From the NCBI RefSeq assembly GCF_036321535.1, contig NC_087436.1:79548001-79612000 (forward strand): DNA of 64,000 nt, in the 5' to 3' direction. Below are positions 1 to 12,195 of the stretch, in pieces (positions within the stretch are counted from its first letter, which is position 1; every line of letters begins with the position of its first letter). The notes beneath the pieces were generated by a model. It was given only the letters and a program-made list of their open reading frames with translations, searched no databases and was not told where the DNA came from. Source of the DNA: Camelus dromedarius. Its lineage: Eukaryota. Both the position numbers and the translations under genes were made by a program.

Positions 1-267
1 TACTGAAGAACTTCTGGTTTGGGGAGATAGAAGTTAGTGTGGACTATCAAAGCAAACTGTAGTAATCCTCGGATTTGGGAATCAAGAACTGTGTCTTTAA
101 GCTTTACATCAAGTCAGATTAAAATGAGTGAGCGCCAAATCTGTTCTGTCATCTGAGAAGAGCACGCTCTAAGATTTCCTCATACTCCCGTAAATATTAA
201 GTATCCTGGGTACTTCCAATGTTGTGTGGTGCTATGGAAATAATAGCAATCATGACAACAACAGCCA

Positions 268-478
268 CAGCTAACACAAATTGGGTGTTACTATGTGCCA
301 GCACTCTTCTGAGTGCTTTGTTTACAAATCTTCTATTAAATCCTTACAGTAGTACTGTGAGGTGGGGAGTTTTATTATGCTCACTTTAAAGATGAGGAAA
401 CCGAGGCTCAGAAAGTTTAAATAACTTTCCCATGGTTGGTAGCTAAAAAGTAGCAGTGCTGGGTTGCAAACTCAGGCA
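268..478 (-). mobile_element. MIR SINE
   Basis: Reverse complement of the MIR core and tail: ttactatgtgccagcact...aaagatgaggaaaccgaggctcagaaagtttaaataacttt...gggttgcaaactcaggca. Confidence 0.9.
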
Positions 479-1508
479 TGAAAAACAAAAGTGAAAAGGT
501 CAAAACCAAAGCAAAATTGTCCTCAAAAGAGATGCTCTCCGATGCTTTGAAAGCAGGTCACATGAAGTTGCTTGAGCAATGGCAGTGGTACCACTGTTGT
601 TTTTTGCTCCAGGAAGTGGGTTTGCTGTAGAACTGTGTCCAGCCTGTCTGCAGCTGCATCTCCTGGGTTAGCCCATGAAGGGCCTGGCCCCCTAGGAGCA
701 TGGCCCCTCCAGGTGCTCAAAAAAGATTTATTTAATGATGGATTGAATGAACATACTGGAAGGATTATTGTGTTTAGAATTAAACAGAGTTAAAACAATT
801 TCCTTACTCTCTCTGGGCCTCAATTTTTCATCTATAGAAAGGAAGTGATGTCTCAGGGGTGATGTGAGGTTTGGAAATAATCTTTGATCTAGTATAGAGT
901 CTTGTACAGCATGCACACTCAACAAGCAAGAGCAATTCTTCTCCTTCTTCTTCTTAATGATTTTGTTCCACATGCCGAAAGGTGGTGCTTAATTTAAAAA
1001 TGTGAAAAAGAAGGAAATGCCTCATTCTTTCAGCTGTGGAAGGCTTGACCACATTACCTCTTGTATTCTGTTTTAAAATGAAGTATGGAATCCTAGATTT
1101 TTATGTTTCTCAGGTGCAAAGTTTTTAAACAAAATAATTTGTACTGAAGTGAAAGTGGAGTTTCTCGATTTCAACCTGCCCCACCCAACCCCCTTCCAAT
1201 GTTTTCAAGGCACGTCTTGTTTTTATTACCCTTGCATTAACAGATCTACTTGAAGGAGCTTACTGTGACCCAGGAAATGGAGGCTGACTAAAAATGGAGG
1301 AGGAGAGAGGACAAGGAGACATAAAAGGGATTTTATGTTCTTTTTTAGGAGTCATTAAAGTAGTGTAAAAGAAAAAAAAAATCCTTAAAATGCCACACAA
1401 AGTAGTGTTTAGATAAGACTCAGAGAACGTTTTGCACAGATGGATGGGAAAAGCAAGGCTCTGTGATTTTGCCCAAGTTAATTCCTGGGTGGAGTTACGG
1501 TTGGGGTC

Positions 1509-2083
1509 TCTGTCAGTCAAGGCTTAGTTGGGTAAAGGAGAAACCAGTTCAGTGATCTTAAGCAGAAGGAAGTTTAACACAGGGAATAAGTATGCTTACA
1601 AATCATTGGAAAGATTGGAGGAGCAAGTGCCTGCCGGCCCTCCAGAAGCTGAACAACAGAACAACTCAAACCGCCCTGGCAAAGGAACTATGATTTCAGC
1701 ACAATCAGGAAGTTGGTGAATCAGGAGGCCACTTGGTCCACTGTTGGTTTCAGTGTCACGTTACCTTACCTGTGAATCCGGGGTCAGGGCACCATCACCT
1801 GCACCTTTGGTTCACAGACCCACCACCCGGGCCAAAATCTAGGGGTCAGGAAGCTGGCTTCACCATTGCTGGCTCTGAAGCCATAATATTCTAAGTCTGG
1901 ACCAGGAAATGAGTATTTCCCCAACTACTTAACTCAGGTTTGGATCCAGTTCTCGCCCAGATTCTTCTTCAAATGAGTCAGGGAGATGGAGTTTTTATCT
2001 TTCCAGTTTCTGCAGTGCAGGAAGGCCTGGTAGATGGAGGCTGGAGTGAATGTTGTGCAAATCCATCCCCTGTCTCCTCCACA
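1509..2083 (-). mobile_element. Old ERVL-MaLR (MLT1-type) solo LTR, subfamily uncertain
   Basis: Starts gtcagtcaagg...agaaaccagttcagtgatcttaagcagaaggaagtttaacacagggaa, resembling old MLT1 LTRs read antisense, and ends ...ctcctccaca. Confidence 0.55.
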
Positions 2084-3534
2084 GTGGTGTACACAGTGGA
2101 AAGTCAGGAGGCTTCAGTGTTCTCTTCTCGGTTAAGCTTGTTTTTGCGTAGTATGGAGAGAATGACAATTGAGTGTTTGGAAGCGTAAACCACACCGTCG
2201 CTTTATCTTGATCCCAGGACTGATTTCAGTGAACTCTAACACCAAACCTGAATTATTTGGAGTCTGGCACTTTGCTAATGTCAGATACATTTAGAGAAAG
2301 AAGGCAACTTAAATATCATTGGAAAAAGCAGTACCTACTCTTTTAAACTATTTAAAAAACCTATACCCATTAAAATCTCATTAAGAAATAAATAACAACT
2401 CCAATTCTCACACACAGGCAAGCATATTTAATAGTGATGAATTTAATGGAGCAGTTTATTTTGTAATACACTTGGAAAACCATCACTTCTCCAGTGACTG
2501 TGGCCAAATAAGTGCCCAAAGTGTTTCTCTCCAGACCCTTTGGCCACTCCTGGATTCTTGGATCATAATCAACACTTTTTTTTTTTCTCTTTTTTTTCTT
2601 AAATAGCACCACGGAGCAGTAGTGCTTGGGACCTAATTGACAAACACAATGGCCTGTAGTCTCCGTGAGGTCAGGGAACACATCTTTCAACCCCCTCACC
2701 ATACCCCTCCCACTACCATTGATGCTACTTCCCCAGGACCACGGACATAGCAAGTGTGCAACAAGCGTTTGTCGACCATTTCTTAACTAAATGATGGAAT
2801 GAAGGAACAAATAATTGCTAAAGAGATCACCTCTTGGTTTCAAATCATGGTGAAATATTGGGAAACATAGTAGAGATTTTCTGCTTTTGTAAAGTATTTT
2901 TAAGTTTACAGTTCAATATTTTAACTTTTTTTTTTTAAACAAGAGTGCTTATGTAAACAGTCCATATACATCACAATTCCCCCCCCCCCTGGTTTTTATT
3001 CTGGAATAGACACAAAGATAAATGAAAGTCATATTGTGATTATACGTTGGGCTTTTCATTCCCCAGAAGATGTAGCTGTGGACATGAGAAGGAACACGTT
3101 CTCCCAGTAGCATCCTAACTCTAGCCTTCTTTTCAGTATTTTTCATGCTTCTCATGCTTTCCTAGATTTCATAATTCAACCCAGAATGACTACATCCTCA
3201 GTGTTTTTACCCTTCCTCTATCCTGATCAATGCTGTCCTTTTTGACCTTTGCAGAAGAGCAGTGGGCAAAGCAAAATTTTCCTCTGTAGATAAACTGCAA
3301 ATTATTTTCCCCAGTGAGCTTGCAATGAATGACTCAGAATAGTGTTTCACAAAAGACATTTTCAAGCTGCATTATCATGACAAAGTCAAATACTTTTCTT
3401 TGGTATGAGACTTCTGATAGGAGCAAAGACATGAGTTACAAGCAGTCTGTGCCCAACATGGTGTTTAATTTGTGCACTTGAAGGAATGTGATCAATTACT
3501 AAGTAAAAAGATTAGAAATTATCTCTCCATTAAC

Positions 3535-4150
3535 CATTCTAAAATTATTTTTGAGTACTTGCTCTATGGATGCCAGGTACTGTTTCAGTTGCTAGAATTA
3601 CAGCAAAAAACAAGTGAACCAAATCCCTGTCTTCACAGAACTTACATTCTAGCAAGGAGATGCACTGAAGTTCCAACAGATGTACACACGTATGATAATA
3701 TGATGCCAGGTTGTGGTCATTGAAATGAAGAAAAGTAAGGCAGGTCAAGATGAATGTAATGAGGGCTGTTGTTTAAGCAGACAATGATGTAAAAGCAGAC
3801 AGTGTTCCAGGCAGGGGATCACAAGTGCAATGGCCTTGGTACCAAAATGAGCAGAAAGAAGGGTGGTCAGGGACCAGATGATGGAACGCCTTCCAGGCCA
3901 CAATGAGGAGTGTGGATTTTATTTTGGTGTGAAGGAAAGCCAATATAAAAACTAAGAGCAAAGGATCAAAATTTATATTTTAAAAGATGTATCTGCTACT
4001 GTATGGAGAATAGACTGTAGGTGGGTAAGGATGGCGGCAGGCCAACACCTGGGTGCTGCTGCAGTTGTCTCGATGGCCTGGACTAATGTATTGGCAGTGT
4101 GAGTGTTGAGAAGTGGTCATAGAACATTATTAAATAGAAGTTGGGATTAT
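3535..4150 (-). mobile_element. L2 LINE 3' fragment
   Basis: cattc...tttttgagtacttgctctatggatgccaggtactg...ccctgtcttcacagaacttacattctag, then L2-like gttccaggcagggga and ggagaatagactgtagg. Confidence 0.8.
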
Positions 4151-4152
4151 AC

Positions 4153-4766
4153 TGTTACTGAATTGATCGAATGGGCTGCCATTTGGAAATTGCATCTCAT
4201 TGCCTCCTGCCATGGCGGGGAAGGTTCTTTTTCATTAGGATGCATGCAGCCAATAATGAAACCAATGCTGAGACTGAAACAGCACAAGTTTTATTCAATG
4301 GCCAGAGAATGAAGAAGTGGGAACTTAGCTCGTAAATCAACTTCTTAACCCAGCTTGGACTGAGATACCATATACCTAGGAGGATTGAAGTCAGTAAAGA
4401 GAAGGAGGACTATTCATGACTTATCAGAGAACAGGGGTGTGGTTTCTGGGAACTGAGGCAACACTCTTTTTAGGCCCTTGTCTGGGCTTAGCTGGTTGTT
4501 GTCATGGCAACTGTCATGGTGCTGGTAGCTGTGTCATCTAGCATGCTAATGTATTATAATGAGCAGATAATGAGGCTCAGGGTCTATTGAAGCTCAGGTC
4601 TTCTGCTATCTTGGATTTGGCCAGTTCTAACCAGTTCTGGTGGGTTCTTGTTTTTCTCTTCTGGTGGTTTCCTATAAGGCAACGATAATACTTCTCCACA
4701 GCTTATGTTCCCTCAAGGAAGAAGGAGGTAACCCTTCTAATGAGCTGGATATGGTATATGGTTACA
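4153..4766 (-). mobile_element. ERV1 solo LTR, MER41-like
   Basis: TGTTA...TTACA termini; 4-bp flanks ATAC/ATAT (near-TSD of ERV1 length); TTTATT at ~4290 is AATAAA on the - strand; MER41-like blocks aactgtcatggtgctggt, tagcatgctaatgtattataatgagc and actattcatga...ggaactgagg. Confidence 0.8.
4444..4452. promoter_or_regulatory. GAS (STAT) motif TTCTGGGAA within the MER41-like LTR
   Basis: Exact TTCN3GAA match at the position where MER41 LTRs carry tandem GAS sites; the upstream partner has decayed to ATCAGAGAA. Binding is not shown. Confidence 0.5.
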
Positions 4767-4929
4767 ATATTAAGAATAGTAACAATGTAGTTTTCATTCC
4801 TACTGTGCTGTGAACATAGGAGGAAATGTGCTTAGGCAGCAAGTTAAATTTAGTTTAGGAGCAGAAAAAGAGTGTCAGGGATGAGCTTTGGATTGAGTAG
4901 ATGGAGATGGAATATTTTTCTCAGCCATA

Positions 4930-6230
4930 TTTTAGAAAAGGGAAGTACTGAGGATTTAAAGGAAGAAAACATTTCAAATAAGAGTGACCATGTGGGTGTT
5001 AAAAAAAAATCCCAGGAACAACGTATGTTTTCTTAAGAAACTTTCTGTTCACCCGGGTTCCTTCCTTTCATCTCTTTTTCAACTAATTACTTAAGTGTGA
5101 GATTAGATTTTGCAAAGCATATTATCAGAACTTTGTCAAGGGCAAGGAGGACAGGTTTACACACATGTTTAAAAAAGTTGAGAAAATTAAAAAAGTCTAA
5201 TTTATTTATCAAAGAATTACATAAACTTCTGAAATAGAAAAAAACATTTAGAAAAAGCTGAATCTTCAAGGACAAATACCTATAGAAAGTTTCACAGAAG
5301 TAAGGTCAGAATTACTAAAGCGGGTAATGAGATGCAATTTCCAAAGTTGAAGTAGAATATTCTTTTTTTTACTCTATCAGGAACAAGAAAGACTAAAGCA
5401 GAGTGTTGTCCTTTAATTAGATAGGAAAGCAAGAGACTCAATGATGACACCAAAAGGCCACAGAGCATTCAATGTCTTTTTAAAAAACCTTTCTGCATGA
5501 TCAAGTGAGTGGGGCTCTGGAAATAGGAAATGCATACTTTAGGAGAATGAAAAGTGAAAAAGAAGACTTGAAGGAAGGTAATTTAAATAAGTGAGCTCTG
5601 TATCTAAATGTGCAGACCCTGGTGATTTGCATTCAAGGATACTAAAAGAATTGGCTGATGTATTGTGCACCATAAACTGAATATGAGTCAGCAATTTGTA
5701 ATGCTATTATTTAAAAAAGGGAACATGATTGAGAGATGTATTAGCAAGAGTATGACACGGAAAGGGCAAGGATCTGCTTGGCATGGCTCAACCATTATTT
5801 TTGGAATATAATTACCAGTTTTGGTCACTGTGTATTAAAAAAGATGAATAAGTTTAGGGAAAGAAGCACAAAATGATGAATGGAATAAAAGGCAAGTAAG
5901 AAAAACCAATGGTGAGGGTAAAAGGTTAAATTCTCCACTCTGATGTCCTATTGGTTAAGAATACCAGCTTCATCGTCACACTGACTTGGAACACCCGGCC
6001 TTTGCATCTTAAGTGATTGGTATCTCAGTAGCCGTATCTCAGGTGAAAGGAAGTGGGTTGTTTTGTTTAGAAAATAGACAGCTAACGTGTAAGAAGGATT
6101 ATTGTGAAGACCGTTCTAGCTAATTGTTCTTATTTTCCAGAGGAGAGCATGAAAGGGTTGGTATATATTGATATTACAAGAGTCAGACCAAAAGAAGAAC
6201 TAAATTTGCAATGACTACCAGATTGGAGGG
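4930..6230 (+). mobile_element. L3/CR1 LINE remnant (internally deleted ORF2)
   Basis: ~5603-5665 translates SKCADPGDLHSRILKELADVL, similar to CR1 ORF2 KSPGPDGxHPRVLKELADV; immediately followed by CR1 C-terminal-like aaactgaatatgagtcagcaa...ccagttttggtcac. Confidence 0.75.
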
Positions 6231-6282
6231 CTCTTTTCCCCACAACTCCTTAGCATAATAATCCATGGTCCTTAAGTACATG

Positions 6283-6601
6283 CAGTCTTCCCTTGGTACC
6301 TGGGGAGGATTGGTTCCAGGACCCTCCTTGGATGCCAAAATCTGTGGATGCTCAAGTCCCTTCTGTAAAATGGTGTGCTATTTGCACATGACCTGGGCAC
6401 ATCCTTCTGTATACTTTAACTCATCTCTCAATTACTTGTAATACCTAGTACAATGTAAATGCTTTGTAAATAGTTGCCAGTTGAGGCAAATTCAAGTTTC
6501 CCTTTTTGGAACTTTCTGAAATTTTTTTTTCAGACTATTTTTCCATCCGAGGTTGGCTGAATCTGTGAATGTGGGACCTACGGGATATGAAGTGCTGACT
6601 G
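6283..6601 (+). mobile_element. MER2/MER2B (TcMar-Tigger) MITE
   Basis: CAGTC...GACTG termini; ggattggttccaggaccc...ccaaaatctgtggatgctcaagtccc diagnostic; TG/TG flanks, probably a decayed TA TSD. Confidence 0.9.
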
Positions 6602-7582
6602 TGTTGATTTCTTGTGTTGTCATCGAACCCTCTGTTCTTTGATTCAGTGGAAGAGCAATGATCTGACAAGAATCATTGATAAACAGGTGCCTATTTCAAT
6701 GGGAATTCTGATACGATGCTGAAATTGCTGAACTGGCAAGATTTGCTTCTTATTCCTCCCAATTACTCTTGAATTGTCTCCTTTTTTCCATATTGACACC
6801 CCAGAACATCTTTTCCCCAGGTGCCCAGGGCATTTATGTTGCCCCTCCCTGCCAGCAGAGTACCTATCTCCTCCTCACTCATGATTCTTTCCCTTGGACT
6901 TGTCTCTGTGATGGCCCTTCGCATCTTGGGCTCTTTCTTCCCCACACGCCTGTCAAAACTTCTCTTTCCTCTGCCTCATTATCTAGGAACTTTTCCTTAG
7001 CTTTCCAATGTGACAATTTACTAATTCTGATAACTCTTTCTAAAGGGGTTAATGGTGGTTCCTCAATGTCCCTTAATGAGCCGTGTGTGGGACTAATGGT
7101 GTGAGGGAGAACACTATAGGGGGCCTATGAACGTGGCATTACGTAACATGGAATAATGTGGAGTGAAGATTATTCCCTTTTCAATTTTTTTTTCAAATCT
7201 TTCTAATTAGGGTGAGAAGAAAGTTTCATTCTGGTGGTTTTAACAAAGGTTTATCTTTTAACAATTGCTAAGCTTCCTTTTTAACAAAGCAATTAGAGTC
7301 TTGGGCTGAAAGTCTTGGGAGGCAGAATTTTCTTAGACTTTTTTTTTTTGATAATGAGTATAATATATACACTAGAAAGGAACATAAGTAAAAAAATGTA
7401 CACCTTGACTAATTATACTAGGTAGAATTTAAAATTATTTTTAAAATTCTCATTGCATCTATCTACACAGTTCCCTTTCATTTATGTCATTGATACCGGT
7501 TTTCCAAGGCAATGATAACAAAGTTTTTTAAAAAAGAAATCTATTAAGTAAAAAGGTGAGTTGATTTAAATAAAAAATATTA

Positions 7583-7790
7583 CTCTATCTCATAGAGTCT
7601 AAAGATTTACACTTCCCCCCGATGTTTTAACCTCTCTGAAATCATAATGCATCACACAATTGGTGTCATCTTATGATGCCCACGGACAAGGTCACGTAGC
7701 TCACTCAGAGTACTGTAAACCTTTAGGTGACACCTGTGGTCGAATCAAGAAAGATCAACATCAGAGCATTTTAGATTCAATGAAATATGG
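7583..7790. mobile_element. MER104-like (TcMar-Tc2) MITE, nested in a probable hAT-Charlie remnant
   Basis: Degenerate TIRs ctctatctcatagagtctaa / ttagattcaatgaaatatgg with TA on both sides; internal ttttaacctctctgaaatc. Confidence 0.7.
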
Positions 7791-9570
7791 TAAATAAATA
7801 TGATTTAGAAAGAATGGAGATTTGGGGAGCACCTGAAGTTTAGGAAGTAGTAGCTTAGTGACCTATTCTTTCCATCTCATGCCTTTGTACTTTAATGGGT
7901 GCTCTCTGGAGATGCAAAACCTTAGCCCCAAGAGTGATAGCAGTGGTAGAAATGACAACACTGTGGCTGAGTTGTGGTGGGTGTCAGGGAAGTCCTGGGG
8001 AGCAGGCTAGCTTTCTTTCACATCCCTTCAGTGTTCTGTGCTTGTCAACCCTGTGTCTGTCTCCAAGGCTTGCCTGGCCCTTTGTGACGTATATGTTATC
8101 CTTGCTTAGAAATTTTGGGGCACTGCATAATCAGGCTGAAGGCTTATGACTTATAGTAAGAAAACCAGCTTTCATATGCAGAACGTTTTTACACCATAAT
8201 ATAGATCAGTACCCCTGAATAGTGGGGTATCTGCTTAGACTTGCTCCCCATATCCTGATGACTCACCACGATGCCTGCTGCATAGGAGCCTCCAAATACA
8301 TATTTGTTAAGGGAACAAATGAAGGAAGCTTACCTTTGTGTCCCACTTACAGACTCTAGATGTAGCCTGAGCAGCTAGGGGCCAGCAGCAGCTCACAGTT
8401 GGCTCCCTCAGCCTCCTCTGAGGCTCTGGAGGCAATGGCTGTGAATTTGTATGGCACACCATTTGCATACTCTAACGAGATGGGCTATAATTGGCCTTCA
8501 TTGATTTTGTTTTCATTGAGCTAAAATAGAGTCAGAGCTTCTTAGGCTAGAAGAACTGATTGATTTGTGGTAGAATTCAGGACTATTCAGTTGAAGAAAT
8601 AATTAATTATGTTCTTATTTAGTAATCATCAGGGCTCAGCCTGTGTCTTAGCAGGAGAATGTGCTCAGCAGAACTGGACTTTGCCAAAGCAGGAATACTT
8701 TAATATGGGTACTTCAGCTAGGCAAATGGATACTGCACATAATACTTCTTATTTTTCAAGAACTCTGTGCAGACTGGAGACAACAGTGTGTACAGATATA
8801 TGAGAGAACAAGAGACATGCATCGTATTTTCCTGTTCTTCATCCTACTCCTCGCAGGAGCACATGACACATCTCTTTGCCTCTGTCTCCATCACTCACCC
8901 ATACTTCTACCTATCCCCAAATCCCTGAATTCACCACCCATTTTTCAATGTTTTGCAAGTTCTTTGGGAGTTAACCCAGTCTGGGTGAATGATGTCTTCC
9001 GCTTTTGTCTTTCATTTCTGAGACCTGGCAGTTGTTACGGTTTGGCCACAACCCTAGAGACAAGGGCATTTCAGCCTGAGGTGGTTACTCTGGAGCTTGG
9101 GGAACTAAAGTGCATAGAGGTTTTGACAGGCTATTCTGTGTAGATAGAGTAGCTTGGACTTTTGGACTGATTATGACTAAAATCTTTCTAAATGTTTAGT
9201 TCCATGTCAATTTCTCCTTTTAAAATTTTCTTTTGAAATCATTATATACAATTTTTGGAATTTTACGATATACAATTATTAGAATGAGTTCTAGCCTCTA
9301 AATTGAGGCCTTATATCCTCTGAGGCACAAGGTATAGCTATAAGCTGCCACATCCTCCTTTCATTCAACATCTATTGCGAAGCTCAATGAGCAGGGTATT
9401 ACGGTAAGTTTTGTAAGGGGACAAAGATGCATAAAACACTAGCTGTTCTGACACGTCTTCCCAGTTAGTATAGAAATATTGGTCAGAAATTCTTTTTTAC
9501 ATCCATTATTTGGAACTATATAGACAATATTATATATGTTTCATAGCCTAGATCACAAAATCTATTAAAG

Positions 9571-9650
9571 TATTAGGCTGTCATGAAATTGCCACTGTTT
9601 CATCATTTTTGCCCTACAAAAAAGGCCACTTCATGCAGTTCAACCTAGCA
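9571..9650. mobile_element. MADE2-like mariner MITE (~80 bp)
   Basis: tattaggctg..atgaaattgcc...tttttgccctacaaaaaaggccacttcatgcagttcaacctag; palindromic ~80-bp structure. Confidence 0.75.
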
Positions 9651-11959
9651 TACATGTAAAGCAATGTACCTGACTGAAGTGTGAAACCGAGAGTAATTAA
9701 TGACCATGAAGTGTAATGACTATGCAGGGAAAATGTGTCCAGCAATCTATCTCCTCCTACTGAGGGCCCAGAAATGAAACCAAGGACCCCTCAATGGATG
9801 TTTCCATTTGGGGGGATAACTGAAATAGGGGCTTGCCTTCCTACTTCCCAAGGGCAAGAATCCTAACAAAGCTGGAGAAATGGTGGCAATAAGAAAGGGA
9901 ACAGGGAAGAGGGGAGGGAAGTGGCTCAGTGAGGGAGGCTGGGGTCTCCTGCAGGTGTAACTGGGACGAAGCCCCATGGCTGGTCTGTCACTGCCACTGT
10001 CTCTTGTTCCAGGACTATGCTGTGCCTGCTATGATTCACACCAGCAAAGTGATGCCCATGCCCTGCCTCTTAAGTCCCACAAAGCTAGTGACGGCTTCTG
10101 CTAATGCAGTGGTGGAAAAACCCAAATCCAACACCACCAGTGATGATGCAGGTCACATTAACGCAAATAAGGGTATAGTGGGATTGGCTGTCAGCGAGCC
10201 CTGTTTGAGAACGGGAGTGGGCTAAAGTCCTCATTCCCCCCTGGGGGAGGTGGGGTGCGGGGTGGGTAAGGCCAGGCAGGGGAATCCAGGCAAGCCTATA
10301 TTGAGCAAGTGGGAAGTACAGGGATGGTCCCAGCCGCAGGATCTTCAGTATTCTTCCTAACCTAATCTCTCTGGATGGAGCTGACAAAGACGGGCACTAA
10401 CTAATCAGGAAATTCCAAGAATTGCTGCCAGTGTCTTGGAATTATCACTGATACTACAGCTGGAGAAACAATGATCACTATTGACATTAAGCCTGAGGTG
10501 GGACAGAACAAATTTTGGTTGTGTAGCGGGAACTTGAGAACGTCCCAGCTGAGTAGCTGTGTGGGGTTGCTCTAGTCACTGCATTAATCTCATAACAACA
10601 GCCTGCATTTTCTCAATTGAGAAATTTGGACCCACTTTTCACATTGTGAGGAGTTTTGCTGAACCTCCATGGTACGTTATCTGCAGAAGAAAGCATGGTC
10701 TCCACCTACTTCCACCACCCAGAGATTGGACAAGTTCATTGGATGGATCAAACCAAAATCACGTGTAGAACTCCAGTTGTTTGTCAACGGTGCTTCTCAG
10801 CTTTTCAAGCCTTGCAGTGAAGGAAGACCCGCTAGGAGAATGGTGGAAAAGAATGTTGAGTGCCTATCCGTCGTGTCTATGACAGAGCTGTTTCTATTTT
10901 CTAAGGATTTTTAATCCTAATAACGAGAAGAAGAAATAGACAAAGGGTACAAAACCTCTTGTCTATGACCATGACCCTCAACAGCTCGTACGCTGCTTAT
11001 TTCCAGTAAGAAAAGGCAGCAAATTTAGGAGCTGACAATGAGTTTTCAGACATATGAAAAAAATGGAAGATTTATTTATACCTCAGAGGAAAATCCAAGC
11101 TCAGCAAGTCTCCTAAGCACTCTGTCCCTCCAAGCAGGACAAGACTGTGACTCGGGGGAGTGGTATGGGAAAGGGACAGGGACTGGACATGCAGCCTGTG
11201 ACTCCAGTGCTAGACAGAAGTAGGCGGGAGAAGCCTTGGGGTCCAGATTTCCCCATCCTGTCTCCTTCCTCTTGCCACAGCAGTGTCTAGTTGGCCCTGA
11301 GATGATGCTGATTAGGATTCAGGCTGGGGTGAGCCTGGGCATGTTTTCTACTTGTTAGGTAGCGCGGGAAGATTGTGCGCATTTTTCATGAGGATAAAAA
11401 TTATAAACAGAATAATTGCAGATGGTGAGGATGATGCTTCAGTCACACCGTGTCAGCTGGGCTGCGTTCCCTTTGCTTCTTTCCCCAAAACTTGTTTATT
11501 TGTTGTACAGCTCTGCATCACTTGGCAGACAAAAATCTTAGATTCTGATGGTGGTAACTGATTATCTTCAGTTTTTGATGGTGGTAACTGATTACTTTTG
11601 GAGAATAAAAAAAAAGGGCTCCTTTATTTTCTCATAGAAATTGTGGAAATTTCTTGGCGACTATGCCTCCTCTTGTCTACCTCCCACTAATTTCTTTGGG
11701 TCATGGTGAAGAGCCCAGGGCATAACCACAAGCCAGATGACTACTCTTGAGTCTTTTCTTCAATTTGGAACCATGCTGATTTGGAATCTTAACTGAATCT
11801 TAGCTCAAAGTTATTCTATAGGCCCTTCAGCTGAAATATGGTCTGTTCACAGTATTGAAAAATTTGTAAAAACTGGGAGAATGCAGAGTGAAGAGGGGGA
11901 GGCTTTGTTCTGTGATGAAGGGTCACAACTATGAAGCTTCTCCTATCTTCCTCTTCATG

Positions 11960-12195
11960 TAGGCGACCCTCTCTCTTCTTACCCTCCTCCCACTCAGCCC
12001 TGTACATTTTTCTCTTGGGCACCTGTAACACATTATTGATCTTGTTATCTTGTAAGTCTGTCTCCTCTCTGCTATCCTGCAAGTTAATATCGAGGGTCTT
12101 GTCTTGTTCACCTTTTTTAGATACATTGCTTATGTACCTACATTTGCATATGGTAGGCATTTAAGGAATGGATTTTTGAATGATTGAATAAATGA
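11960..12195 (+). mobile_element. L2 3' end
   Basis: tctgtctcctct...gagggtcttgtcttgttcacc...catatggtaggcatttaaggaat...tgaatgattgaataaatga tail. Confidence 0.7.

Noticed and set aside
1..13. TACTGAAGAACTT recurring at ~40466
   Set aside because: A single 13-mer match in 64 kb of AT-rich DNA is expected by chance and has no extended homology.
8661..9143. 160-aa ORF on the + strand
   Set aside because: Non-ATG start, no recognisable protein similarity and no convincing exon structure.
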